The position numbers were made by a program, and so were the translations under genes. A stretch of 63,094 nucleotides of DNA, the filler included, from Lenisia limosa (taxonomy: Eukaryota > Protista > Breviatea): assembly GCA_001655205.1 (NCBI GenBank). It is 10 parts of 10 records of this genome, joined end to end, with 100 filler letters (N's around TTAATTAATTAA, not from the genome) between each part and the next. Parts side by side here need not be neighbours in the genome. Positions count along the whole stretch, not along the records: positions 14,547 to 26,491 come from LPNZ01010444.1; positions 26,592 to 27,882 come from LPNZ01001773.1; positions 27,983 to 29,358 come from LPNZ01001489.1; positions 29,459 to 31,319 come from LPNZ01004884.1; positions 31,420 to 33,948 come from LPNZ01008596.1; positions 34,049 to 45,118 come from LPNZ01011565.1; 4 more parts are not named here. One strand, given 5' to 3'. Each line of letters starts with the position of its first letter. Within the stretch, counting starts at the first letter, position 1. Below the pieces are notes generated by a model. That model did no database searches, was not told where the DNA came from, and saw nothing but the letters and a program-made list of their open reading frames with translations. This document shows, piece after piece, positions 24,847-37,100 of this stretch.

Positions 24847-26491
24847 CTAGACGTCAAACTTTTCGACAGGGATGGGTCCGACTTGGGTACCACGGACAAA
24901 GACCTGGGCAATGTTGTCCCCAGTTCCAACAAAGACAAACTTGGAAACCTTGTCTTCTGCATTTTGTCAAATTGAGAGAAAAAGAGAGAAAAACAAAAAG
25001 ACAACCAATCATCCTCCAACCGAAAGTGTCGCTTTTGACGACATCAACCTTGGAGTTGGCAGCACCTAAGTCCACAACAACACCATCAAACTCCATGCCA
25101 ACTGCGAAGTGTCCGACCTTAGGGAGACCAAGGGTTTCAGCTCCAGCCTGGAGGGGTGGTCACTTCAATGCAGACTTTTTCTTTCGAACGAGCAAAAACT
25201 TACCCTGGTAGCGAGGTAAAGGGCTTCACGGTAGGTGAGGGGAAGGCTTTCCTTGTCGTTAAAGTAATGAACCTTGACGGTAAATTCAAGCATGTTTGGC
25301 CACAGAAAAGACAGAACAATGAGTTCTCACCTTGGAGGCGATAATTGCTTCACGCATGACGTTGAGCATAGAGGTGGAGTAGCCTCCACTAATGTCCGTA
25401 GCAAGTCCGACCTTGTTAATGAGATAATGTTAAAGCGCCAAGCAATATTCTTCAGTATGGTCTCAACAAGCTTTGGTATTTTGCCCACCTTGACACCAGC
25501 CTTTTGGAGTTTGCGAACGCTGGCAACGCCACTGTTAACTAAATGATAAGGCTTGAGACTACAAGTCAAAGAAAATTTGAACATAATCATGTTATGAAAG
25601 GAAGCTATAAACCCCCGTACGAGCGAAGTTGGAAGGAGGGCAGTGGGCAATGGCAGCACCAGAGTCAGCAAAAGCCTAAAAATGTTCAGAAACCTTGTAA
25701 AAAGAAAGTAGTGCTGAAGAAGCCTTTCAGACCTTCATCTGGACATCATCGAGATGCACGCCGTGACCGTGGATAGTGCGGCTGGTGAGAAGACCGTGCT
25801 CGGCATAGACAGACGTGTAGTTGGCAGACTCAGGGTGAAGGGACTGGACCCACGCGATTTCACCGTCATTCTCGGAAACGTGGCTCTGAATGGCAAGGTT
25901 GTACTTGCTGGCAAGGTCGCCGAGCCCTGGAGAGGTTATCAAACTTACGAATTTGTACAATGAGAAATAATACAAGGTAGTATCGGGCCGAAGCCCTTCA
26001 CATCCATCACGCTTATCATAGCTGTGATATTATTGGATTATAGTACTTCTATAAATTTACTAACCAATCATGTAACTCCGTGTATACAGCTTTAATAATC
26101 AAAGAAAGAATGAATATAATTTCAATGAGGCCCAAAGCACCCTTCATGAGTTCCGAAGTGCAGGTGGGGACAAAGCGAGGAGTGATGCAGGCCTCCACAA
26201 GACCCTTGCTGCTGTTGGATTGAACGTACTGAATGAACTTCTCAGTATCGGCAAGAGAATCCTGGAAGGTCAACATCCACTTCCGTCAAGACGGATGAAC
26301 TTTTTTGGGATCTGTCAAGAAATCTAAAGGGAAGCCTTCAATCCCGACAAGTCTTATACTCATCTCGGTCTCCCCAATAAGGAAAACGGACAAGTCTTAT
26401 ACTCACCTTGGTCTCCTCAATAAGGAAATCGGGTGAGTTTCTGTCCATGTTGACCTTTCCAACAAGGGCTCTGACGCCACGCTGTCCGAGG
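24847..26491 (-). CDS. GDA: Guanine deaminase (amidohydrolase superfamily), 5' truncated
   Basis: GVRALVGKVNMDRNSP, ACITPRFVPTCTSELM, IQSHVSENDGEIAWV, GLLTSRTIHGHGVHL, LATDISGGYSPSML, GAETLGLPKVGHFAVGMEFDGVVVDL, FVGTGDNIAQVFVRG. Confidence 0.96.
26346..26428 (-). repeat. 43-bp tandem duplication across a GDA splice donor
   Basis: ttccttattgaggagaccaag|gtgagtataagacttgtc followed by the intronic copy ttccttattggggagaccgag|atgagtataagacttgtc. Confidence 0.92.
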
Positions 26492-26591
26492 NNNNNNNNN
26501 NNNNNNNNNNNNNNNNNNNNNNNNNNNNNNNNNNNTTAATTAATTAANNNNNNNNNNNNNNNNNNNNNNNNNNNNNNNNNNNNNNNNNNNN
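26492..26591. other. Artificial contig linker
   Basis: 44N-TTAATTAATTAA-44N. Confidence 0.97.
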
Positions 26592-27882
26592 TACCCACAT
26601 ACCTCGTCTATATCTGATTTTCTGTGGTAGTGGAAAAATCAGACAGGTCAACACCAAGGCACTCCCGTATATCTTTAAATGTTACTGGACGGAGATCAGG
26701 GAAAGTCCTGGAAAACACACGATGAGCAACACTTTGTGCGATTTCCGATGCCTTCTAAAGCAATTAATTTTTAACCGTCATCGCAGGAAATTAAACCTTC
26801 ATTAACAGAAACCTACCTCGAACTCACAATAAACGACATCTTGCAAGTTATTCCCATCTTCAAAGTCCGACGACTCCTCGTCTGAAACAACAGGCCAGAG
26901 AGTGGGCATCGATATTCGGGAATACACCGGCAGGTGGCTGGAATTCTTTACAATTAGACATCAAGAGTATTGTAGTTCCACGTTTCGACTAATCAATGAC
27001 TTTGTACACCGTCGGATTCTTGTGACTGAGATGGCACGTCAGCAGTCGGGATTTGCGTCTGAACCGGCAGGTGACTGGCCATCTGTGTCATTAGACATCC
27101 CACAGACCGTATCGCTGCAAACTGACTAACAAACTAAAGCCGACAGATGAGATGCAAGGGCCAGGGCCACAACAATAAACACTAATATAACATATTGAAA
27201 ACTAAATTATCAACGTCAGAGTATCAAGGCAAAAAAGGAGTTCCTTCAATGAATAACATCTCCATAACATAGTAATAAAGTAGTATAAAATTAAAAACTA
27301 TGTACTATCGTCGCTACGTCAGAGTATCGAGGCAAAAAAAGGAGTTCCTTCAATGAAAACCTTTTAATCTCAAAAGTAATAAAGTACTATATCATATACT
27401 TTAAGCTTCGGAAATTGCCACAGCAATGCACACGCAAATGCTAATAATAAGAGAGGATAGCGTTGAGAGCTGAGAGGGAAGAGTACAACACAAAGGAAGT
27501 CTGTTATAATTAATAATACTTCTGTCTTGTTCGTTGCAATATTGATCTGATTAGGGGAAGATCGCAAAAAAACAAAAACCGAGATCTTAGTAGGAATAAC
27601 TCCAAATATACATTTAGCCTCGGAAATTGCTACATCAACGCCCTAGCAAACCTTAATACTAGAGAAGAGCGTTGAAAGCAGACTGAGAAGAGTACAACAC
27701 GATGGAAGAACGTAAATCTGAATCTTTCTGTCTTCTTCCTCCAGTGATTCAACAGTTATAAATATGTTACTACTAATATAAATAATACTCAGGACAGTTC
27801 CTTGGGGCAAAAACGTCAGGACTATCGTTCAAGATAAAGTGACGATCATATCGATCAAGAGAGATCTTGACCCCGATCTTTC

Positions 27883-27982
27883 NNNNNNNNNNNNNNNNNN
27901 NNNNNNNNNNNNNNNNNNNNNNNNNNTTAATTAATTAANNNNNNNNNNNNNNNNNNNNNNNNNNNNNNNNNNNNNNNNNNNN
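27883..27982. other. Artificial contig linker
   Basis: 44N-TTAATTAATTAA-44N. Confidence 0.97.
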
Positions 27983-28008
27983 TAATAGTCCTTTCAATTT
28001 TTACTCAC

Positions 28009-29298
28009 CGTCACTTGTGAACCCAAGGTCGCTCCCGTCCGAGCGGACCAATGAAGTGATGACAAAACGGCATTCACTGCCCTGAGCAGTGTGTACGGTT
28101 CCAATGTGGACCTGAGAGGGTGAATGCATAATTCTGCCATCTTATTGCTTCATCATAAGATAATTGTATGACAATAATAAGACAGTGAGACAACTGGGTG
28201 CCCAACCTCAGTATGATGATCCTCACACGTATCTTTAGTCAACATCTTTATTAGTTCAACCTGCAATGTTATTCAACGTGTTTAATAATCTGAATTAATG
28301 GGAAATACGAAAAGAGAGTGTGGTAAATAAAAGGCATCGTTACCACATTTTCAACATTAGCTCTCAATTTTTTATCCATGACAAACCTGTGCTCTGTAAG
28401 GAGTGATAATGAAGATGTCGTCGCCTGAGAATCCAGCTCTAAGAATAGCGCGAAGATACTGCGTTAATTAATGCACGACTTTTCTTAAATATCGGTGTTT
28501 TTTATTATTATCTAAATTGGGTAATATTGAACATCACAGCTGGTATGTTGTGCATACCTGTCCAACAAGTCGAGCTTCCTCTAAGTTACAACAGGACTTA
28601 ACGTCATTTTTCAGTGCCAGAATCTCTAACGGGTCTTTTGCAGTCTACACATGGTTATATTAAGAATACCAAGGGGCATATTATGGAAGTAATTCAACTT
28701 CTGTTTACGCTTTTGTATTAAAAAGAATCTGCATAGAACAAACCGCTCTGTTGACTGACTGGCCGTTGCAGTCGATGAACAGAACACGGTGTCCATTCAT
28801 TTCTTTGACCTTTAGTGCTCTACAGCATAAGGCAACGGTAATGTGGTTTCATGAATCAATACGTAGTCAGATACATGCTATCATAAGTCCACATCTTTTC
28901 ATACCCGTTGTTATCTTCAGTGCAGGCGTGGGATTTAAGCTCATTGTCGTAAAACGTCTTGGAAGGAAATTGACAAATGTCTGGGTGCATTCGGTACTGT
29001 CGGAGTTAATTTAGGCAAAGGTGAAACATTCTGTACTTTGACTTGGAAGAAAAAAGAAACAGTTCACACAGCAAAATACGTAACATTACAACATACCTGC
29101 ATTTTGAGCATAATGACATGGTTGTTGCGAAGGTGGCGTTCGAACAAGGTGTACGCACCGGCTCGTTCAACCTGAATTTGATTATATTTAGAAAACCACC
29201 AAAAATGATGATTTTACTAAATTAAAACAACATAGTACCTGGGTGTTTTTGCAAGTAATGACGGGGGGAAGTTGCTTCGGGTCACCAATCAGAACCAC
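28009..29298 (-). CDS. Upf1-like superfamily-1 helicase, internal C-terminal-core fragment (AAA_11/AAA_12)
   Basis: Spliced motifs VVLIGDPKQLPPV, TLFERHL...MLKMQ|YRMHPDICQFPSKTFYDNEL, VLFIDCNG, DIFIITPYRAQ|VELI, VHIGTVHTAQGSECRFVITSLVRS..LGF. Both ends are cut by linkers. Confidence 0.92.
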
Positions 29299-29358
29299 CT
29301 AAACATGTTAGTCACGTTAACTTGAGATTGTTTTCAAAAAAAAACACAATATTTTTTA

Positions 29359-29458
29359 NNNNNNNNNNNNNNNNNNNNNNNNNNNNNNNNNNNNNNNNNN
29401 NNTTAATTAATTAANNNNNNNNNNNNNNNNNNNNNNNNNNNNNNNNNNNNNNNNNNNN
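29359..29458. other. Artificial contig linker
   Basis: 44N-TTAATTAATTAA-44N. Confidence 0.97.
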
Positions 29459-29504
29459 GGGGGGGATATGAGCATTCCTCAATAACTTTCTTCACCTACA
29501 ACTA

Positions 29505-29600
29505 GCGCTTCCTTTCGGTTCGAAAAAAGATTGAATTTCTCGATAAATCCTGGAAAACTATCGATATTTTATCGGTCTTTTTCGAACCGAAGTGAAGCCC
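29505..29600. mobile_element. ~95-bp TA-flanked MITE (family B)
   Basis: TA|gcgcttcctttcggttcgaaaaaaga ... tctttttcgaaccgaagtgaagccc|TA; ~24-bp inverted arms. Confidence 0.8.
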
Positions 29601-29748
29601 TACCTACAATAGCAAAACAACACAAAAACCTATTACACCAATAGCTACTTCACCAATCCTTTTTTTGCAGTAAGGTCTTTTTTGAAACCAGGATCATAGA
29701 GATCCTACACAAAGAAAACACCCACAGAAAACGACACTCTGATCGTTT

Positions 29749-30592
29749 AGCCCGAAGCTTGCCGTTCACGTTTTCAAGGAGCTTGAGGAGTACCTCGCAA
29801 TGTGGAACATCCCATCCCCCTCCACCCCTTCCATCAGGTATGCTTTTTGTCTTTTCTTTTTTCACCTTTTTTTTATGATCTGACCAAACTATTCGATTTG
29901 AATATCAAGTTTTACGAAATATTGATTTGGGTGTAGTTTTGGTCACGTTTTATTTTTATTTTTTTACTGCAATTGACATCCCTTAGCCGCCTTGGTGGAC
30001 TCTTTGGACACACTCGCACTGCTACCGTGGGTGGGGGATACTTTTTTTGAATATACTAACATGGGGACTGAACTGACCGTTTTAGGACATTCTTCGCCAG
30101 TATTTCACTGCTTCCAACACTCACAGCGCGGGTATGATGGGTATCGATTCGTATGACTAGCTGTACATACTCCAGCGTTTGATATGACATGTTGATATGA
30201 ACATTTTCATCTTCAGCCAATCATTTGCATTATGTGCGCGTGTACCCAGGTTTCTTTTTATTATCCATTCTAAGTTTGGTCAGATAACTTTGTTTATTTC
30301 CCCCCATACAAAGTACATGAAATTATAATATACTCTATCAAGTGATACATATATCGATGATATACTGTGAAATGACTTCAAATGAGCCCACTTACATTTC
30401 ACAAGCAATTCCAGAAACTTGTTTGGTGCTGTCTGTCTACATTGATAAACAACTGCCACGTTTTCCCTCCACAAACAACTATTACCTAAACAACTATTAC
30501 ACAAACCGATTCAGTTTTATTTACTCTATAGGCGCTACACAGTCCTTCCACACGGCCTACACCATGACTCTCAACGCTACTGTGAGAGGGGA
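29749..30592 (+). CDS. Hypothetical spliced protein fragment
   Basis: Phase-consistent small exons: PKLAVHVFKELEEYLAMWNIPSPSTPSI-SRLGGLFGHTRTAT-DILRQYFTASNTHSA-ANHLHYVRVYP-GATQSFHTAYTMTLNAT. Confidence 0.4.
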
Positions 30593-31069
30593 GGGGGGAC
30601 TGGGNNNNNNNNNNNNNNNNNNNNNNNNNNNNNNNNNNNNNNNNNNNNNNNNNNNNNNNNNGGGCAATTTATGAAGAGGGGAGATTCAATGAAAGTTGGG
30701 GGTGATATCAATCATGTATTTATGCATTCCCAGATTGCTTAGGCCAGATACAATCTTGTTTTGTTACTAATTTCTACATGATATATTCTTGAGTTTTAAT
30801 ATTTTTGGAACAAGAGAAGTAATTTACATAAGAAAGCTGGGGAAACAAACAAATACATAGGGATACCATTAATCTTGAGGATCACAATAGATACATGTTG
30901 TATAAATATATGGTTGATCAACCCAAAACCTTCAACGAAGTGACTTGTTTAGGCTCCACTTGACCCCCATTTCCGCCAAGCCATTGCTTATGCCGAACAA
31001 AACCCTACCGCCCAAGTTGGCCTGGGGTCTGGATTTCTCATACAGTTTCCTTCTTTCATCCCGGCTTGG

Positions 31070-31262
31070 ATTTTTCACCATATCACTTTTTGGATCATTT
31101 TTGTGAACTATCATTTTATATGCAGTGAATGATACCTCATATCCACTCGTATGGTAATTGACGACAAGTTTCAAAGATACTCTGATATACTCGAAATGAA
31201 CCCTCGTGTTATCTTCTTTTATCATTTCGACTCGAAAGTCGGTCATATGATCATAACACTAG
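31070..31262 (-). repeat. Dispersed repeat (family C), paralogue of 33292-33440
   Basis: Minus strand gaccgactttcgagtcgaaatgat...caattaccatacgagtggatatgagg...aaaaagtgatatg resembles the plus strand at 33300-33430. Confidence 0.7.
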
Positions 31263-31319
31263 TGGATATGGGTTAACATAGTTTTTCTTCTTTCAGCCCC
31301 CCCTCTCGGTTCGTGATTA

Positions 31320-31419
31320 NNNNNNNNNNNNNNNNNNNNNNNNNNNNNNNNNNNNNNNNNNNNTTAATTAATTAANNNNNNNNNNNNNNNNNNNNNNNNN
31401 NNNNNNNNNNNNNNNNNNN
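31320..31419. other. Artificial contig linker
   Basis: 44N-TTAATTAATTAA-44N. Confidence 0.97.
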
Positions 31420-31520
31420 GGCTTCCCTTTGTTCTCAAAAAAGTAAATTTCTCCATAAATCCTCGAAAATCCTCGAAAACCTCGATATTTCCACGGTCTT
31501 TTCGGACTGGAGGGAAGCCC
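31420..31520. mobile_element. MITE family B copy (diverged)
   Basis: ggcttccc...aaatcctcgaaaa...cggtcttttcggactggagggaagccc|TA. Confidence 0.7.
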
Positions 31521-32641
31521 TAAGCATAAAGGAGTATATAGCAAACAACTATATCTTGAATATTGCTTTGCTTATCCCCTCCTGGCAATATTTTGAGGGA
31601 ATCAATTGTAAAATTTTGAAAGAAATGTCGTAACAAACTTCCCCACTTCAATATTTGCATTTACTCATAATTGCGCGGTCCAACTTTTTTTGACCGCACT
31701 CCAGCGATAATCGTCAATATGGGGAGAGGGGACGTTTTCGACTGCGAAGAGTCCATCATCAAGGTGGGTGTAATATGAAATATCTGATAATGACAACCCG
31801 TATTGAGTATAATCACAAACTTTGGAAAAGAAAGTAAAGCAGTTGTCATTGGGGAGGGTAAAGAAGTTATGAATCTAACCTTTTCCAGTTTTTACTTTAA
31901 GACCCCCAATGAACTTATTTCCAATTAAATTGCAATTAAACCATTTTAGAGTCTCGACAACGGACATTTGTCGCACGCCGTCCTTGACGTTTTCCCTATT
32001 GAGCCCCTCCCACTGTCTTCACTACTTTGGAGTCATGCACACGTCCGAGTCACCCCTCATATTGCAGGGATCAGTGGCGGCCAAGGTTTGTGGTTTTTTT
32101 GTCAGGTGGTGTAAATGTATAAGGGAACTCAAGTCTAAATACTCCAACAGTGTGTATGGGTCCTAGCATACACCCGTTACAGTGGAAATGAACCAAAATT
32201 ACCAAATTAACGAGGTTGACAACTGCGCATAGAGGGATTTTTTTGAGATCAAGAGATCTCTAATATAATATCATTTTTCCTTTGTAAAATGTGGGTTTCT
32301 CCCATGATACACATGTATCTCTTGCTCGCCAACCTCAATCCTCACAGTGCAGATGTCTGTGACCAGTTCATGCACAACCTGCTTGAGGAGAAGAAGGAGG
32401 GGGAAGTCTTGTGGGCAAGGGGTTACTAGAGCGGTTTTTTTGTGCTGTTTTCATGTCAGGTTTCGTTCGATATAATCTATTGATTTTGCACCATCCTCCG
32501 AACATAGTGCCGGAGCCTTCTTCTAGGGCTCCACCAGGGTCTCCACTCCGAAAGAAGAATGACTTGAGAAATTCAGATTTTCTGGATGAGTGAAGCCATT
32601 GTTTGCTTCTATCTACCATAAACTGTCTTAGTGTTATTTCA

Positions 32642-32718
32642 GAGTGCGATCACCACAATATTCAGATTACTTTTTTTTTTGCAAATTTTGCACATTCTAT
32701 GATATTGTGATCGCACTC
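32642..32718. repeat. Short inverted repeat / mini-foldback
   Basis: gagtgcgatcac(cac)aatat ... atattgtgatcgcactc, 17-bp arms. Confidence 0.75.
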
Positions 32719-33948
32719 AGACATGGCCGTATCTTGCCTCCGTGGCCTCAATGAAACAAGAAACAGTGAATTCCATACCCTACCCCAGAAACAAAGAAAC
32801 AAACAGCCAATCTCATATCAGGTGAGAATGAGAATGGGGGAAACAATCATGACGATAACAGAGAAAATAACAAGAACATACGCAATACCTAAAGAAGCAC
32901 TGAAGCCTGACTCCCTTAAAAAAGTCAGACATGAAGTGAGAAATATAAGGCTCTGTACAATCAATTTTTGAGGATTAATTAACAAAGCTAAGGTGAAGTG
33001 TCTGAAATGGGGTTCTTTACAACATTTCCCACAATTTTAAAATATATTTCAATTAATTGCATGGAGCCCTAGAAATAAACCAAGGAGTATCCCCGAAGCC
33101 AAGACACCAACGATATTGTATTGTAAAAATCTCTCAACCACTCACTGGAAGTGCTTGATATAGAAGAGAGAGGGAAACAAGAAGGCAATCGACACCCTAA
33201 AACAGTGAGAAATATAATGATTAAACTAGATTCACTCATGATATGATCCAATATATGGCTGACTTTCGAGCCTGAAAGGTTACCCAAATTCACTAGTGAT
33301 ATGATCAACTTTAGAGTCGAAATGATTAAGATAAGTGTATCTTTGTCGATCAATTATCATACGAGTGGAAATGAGGAATCATATCACTGTGAGAATAGTC
33401 AACCCGTAGAAAATGCCCCAAAAAGTGATACGATCAACGAAAGAAGCCAAACTAGTAAGACCCCCAGGCTTACGAGCAAACAGAGCCAGTTAGCCCGAAG
33501 ACGATACTCAGATCGGAAACTACCAGTGCGATTGAGAGGGGAGAGATGATCTGGGGGGGGGGGGGNNNNNNNNNNNNNNNNNNNNNNNNNNNNNNNNNNN
33601 NNNNNNNNNNNNNNNNNNNNNNNNNNNNNNNNNNNNNNNNNNNNNNNNNNNNNNNNNNNNNNNNNNNNNNNNNNNNNNNNNNNNNNNNNNNNNNNNNNNN
33701 NNNNNNNNNNNNNNNNNNNNNNCTTTGGAAAACAAATAGGGGTTGAGAACAACAAAACAAACACAGCAGTGCGGTTTCTTTGGACCTTAGGGAAGCTCTT
33801 TCCACACAAGGCATAAATTTTAAAAACCCAAACAAGCCTTTATTGAGATTCCTTTTTTCAAAAATACAAGCCGACTGCCCGCTTACAATACATAGGGTGA
33901 AAAAGACATAGCGGAAGATATTGAACGGTTCGTTGAGTGGCGCCGTGG
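32717..33948 (-). CDS. Amino-acid transporter, Aa_trans (SLC38-like) family, C-terminal fragment
   Basis: Spliced exons IISPLSIALVVSDLSIVFGLTGSVCS-VSIAFLFPSLFYIKHF-YNIVGVLASGILL match the family's 'VFGLTG...FILP.LFY' C-terminal TM region. 5' truncated at linker. Confidence 0.8.
33292..33440 (+). repeat. Dispersed repeat family C copy inside transporter intron
   Basis: cactagtgatatgatcaactttagagtcgaaatgat...caattatcatacgagtggaaatgagg...aaaaagtgatacg. Confidence 0.7.
33553..33778 (-). mobile_element. Family A copy filling most of a transporter intron
   Basis: Minus strand: similarity starts ~10 nt after the donor (gaaaccgcactgc..tgtttgttttgttgttctcaaccc), then an N gap, then the C-run directly before ag|ATC at 33551-33552. 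Confidence 0.65.
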
Positions 33949-34048
33949 NNNNNNNNNNNNNNNNNNNNNNNNNNNNNNNNNNNNNNNNNNNNTTAATTAA
34001 TTAANNNNNNNNNNNNNNNNNNNNNNNNNNNNNNNNNNNNNNNNNNNN
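33949..34048. other. Artificial contig linker
   Basis: 44N-TTAATTAATTAA-44N. Confidence 0.97.
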
Positions 34049-34143
34049 ACCCATCCCCGCCCCCCTTAGAAGACATTAGGATAGATTGGATCCGCTTATA
34101 AGAGATATTGGATTATCATTTAGAACAGCATTGCAACTCCCAC

Positions 34144-37100
34144 AATTGCGCCATAATACTGGGGGTGCTTCAGTCCATTTACTGCATCAAAGAGGAACTG
34201 TACGCCCTTGAGGGGTTAGACAAGAGGAACTGACCTTCCTTCCATCTCAATCACTTTTAACCGACAAGTTTATAATCATAACAAACCTCGATTTGATGGG
34301 GACGAAGGATTCTGCCGAGTCTGGGGTCAACAACAACATGGGCCTCACGCACGCCTTGTTTCTAGGGTATGATACTGATTCCAGATTCGTCTTCACCACG
34401 CTCATTCGAGATATTGATAATACGGTCTCATAACCATAAAAAAACCCTCAATCGTACAGGAGAATAGAGAACTACGGCACCCTCTGCTTCGGGGTCATGT
34501 TGAGGCTTAATGGGAGTGCTATCCTGGAGGGAGTGGGGTAAAGTTGGAAAATATACACAAAAAAAAGAAGCCTAAAATCAACTCTGTTGGCAAATCACAT
34601 GGGAGTTGAAAGCAACAAAACAAACAAAGCCTGCCAGTCGCTTCTGCAGTACCGCATCCCACCACTCGTAAATTTGTTTCAAATGATAAAATGGGTTTGA
34701 AGTAGATGCAGGGTTAAACTACATTGAATAGCTTATATATTTTGCATTAGTTCAAGTTACATCATTATTTGCCCCAAGTTCAATACAGAGTCAATAATAA
34801 CACACCAACCTTGATGGCCGCATCAAGCCAATAGTAACACACCAACCTTGATGGCGGCATCAAGAGAAGATAGTTGGCTATTTGGCGTTTTGAATTGCGC
34901 CGTGACTGGAAGGTAAGTGGAAGAGCAAAAGTAGAAGAGCTTTTCTTTCATTGATCGATATAAAAATGATATGAATTTCATATGATATGTATTACGTAGC
35001 AAGATATATATATATATACTAGATGATATTATGTATGATATCATATGTATTACGTACTATACTGTAGAAATAAGAAATAAAGAAGTGGAATCTGGCCGTC
35101 CAAAACATCATATTTCTAAGAGATGTAGCCACTGTGACATCTTATCCGAACCCCCAACAAACATTTCTTTTTGGATAATGGGGCTGCTGAGCGAGCGTGA
35201 TACCTGAATAGTAAGGAGTGGGGGGGAGGGGAAGAAGAAAGAAGGAAGAAGAAGGAAGAAGAAACGAAAAAGAAAGAAAAGAAAAAAGTGGAACTGAGAA
35301 AGAAGCAGGTCAGCCCCCACACCTCGTGAATACGGAGCCGTCAACATAGTCAGCATAGGGGACCTCGTCCATTATCTAAAACACTGTCAGACACAGAACC
35401 GCTCCTGTATAAACGAATAGCATTGCAATGGGTCCCATTTCTCGGAATGATAAATATAATGGCAACAAGCGCTATCTTGACTCTTAATTTGATTCTTAAT
35501 GTGTGTATATCACAACCCCCTCTCCACCTCGCCCTCCTTGCGGGAGACAATAAATGTCTGGCCGTCCTTGAAGGAGAAGCCTGGCTTGCATCTTGCAGTG
35601 GCTACGTCTTTGTTGTTCATATCCTGTCTTTGTAACTATGTTTATTTTGAGTAAGACCTCGCGATACAATAAAAATACATACACATTCCAAACTGATACA
35701 TACCCCCCCCCCTCCAGACCTTGACAGACATTGAGGCGCCCTTGACGACGAGGAGGCCGTCACCTTCCATTTTCTTGTGTTTGCGGTTCGATAGTTTTCC
35801 TTAACAGTTAAAGCTTGGCAAGGATAAGAACAAGGTAGAGGATGATAAAGGGACACTGACACCCATACAAATGCACTACTGATTCCAATTGCCCTTTCTG
35901 GGGAGGCACACAGAAGGCTGTGTGAACAGAGAGGCACACAGAAGGAGGCACACAGAGTGAACAGAGAGGCACACAGAAGGCAGTGTGAACAGAGAGGTGA
36001 ATATTGAGGTGAAAGAATTCCATACTACTAATGAACATGATGTTATGGATAGCTTCAACCAGGTACTCCATTGGTAATTCACATTTATATGAATATGATA
36101 ATGATATACCGCCCGAGAAAAGGTCTGACACTTTATCAAGGGGAAATGCCACTGAAAGAGGGTCAGATACTATACAGATCACTGTGTATTTTCACCCTTT
36201 CTTACCGTACATGACGGACCAGCAGCGGGGTGGAAATTCAGCAGTCTATGGTGAGTAAAGGTTCAAGGATGAATAAGAACAAAAATAAAACAGCATTTTA
36301 AGTAGATGAGAAGTATTGCTCGCAATAAAATACCAAAAATGAAAGAAAGCCAGTACATCCGAAGAACCAAGCATTGAAAGGAATCGAAAAGACCCCCCAC
36401 TACATTTGAGGAAGGGGGCGGCGTGGCATTCACAAGAGGCACACTAAGGATGTTAGCGTGATAATCATCTTCACAAATTAAACCATTATATGACACTTTG
36501 AAAACTGTAATCACAAAATTCAAAAATTCAATACAATTAGAAGGCCAGTATTAATAAGAAAACCATGCAACAAAAAACGGCCTGTCACTTTGCCCCCACC
36601 CCCACGATTTTGGAATGATTTTGGACGGCAGAGCAGACCCCAGGGGTTTGTGGAGCGTGCGGCGTATCAGAGGTCTGGCAACGACTTTGGCTGTGAGGGA
36701 GGCAGCATCTAACGCGGTGAACTGTTGATTTTGAATCCATTTTTGTGATAGCATCTCATAGCAAAATGGTTTTATCCAGGTATCTCAGATTTTATTGCGT
36801 TCTTGCTCTCAGATAATAGCACGTGAGATATATGAAATGAGAAATGCAACTTTGTGTTATATTATATATAAAAAGAAAAAACCCTAAATTAAACCCAGCA
36901 AAACTGCCTTTTGAAGTACCATTTGCAATACCTTCCACAGGTGACACGGAAGAAACAGAAGAAGCCTCTGATTTGGTGCTTGGTGATTTGGCCACAAGCG
37001 CTGCTGGTCTGGAATATTAGAGAGAGGGGGGAGAGACTTTTGTCTACCGCAGTTCAGCCCAACTGCCCCTCTCACTTTGATGGTGGCGTATTGCTGATGT

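Noticed and set aside
24780-25220. Long cytoplasmic tail of the STIG1-repeat protein from plus-strand open frames
   Set aside because: This region is the minus-strand 3' end of guanine deaminase.
35510-35600. Ankyrin-like PPLHLALLAGDNKCLAVL on the plus strand
   Set aside because: It is the antisense of a RAD54B exon (DMNNKDVATARCKPGFSFKDGQTFIVSRKEGE).
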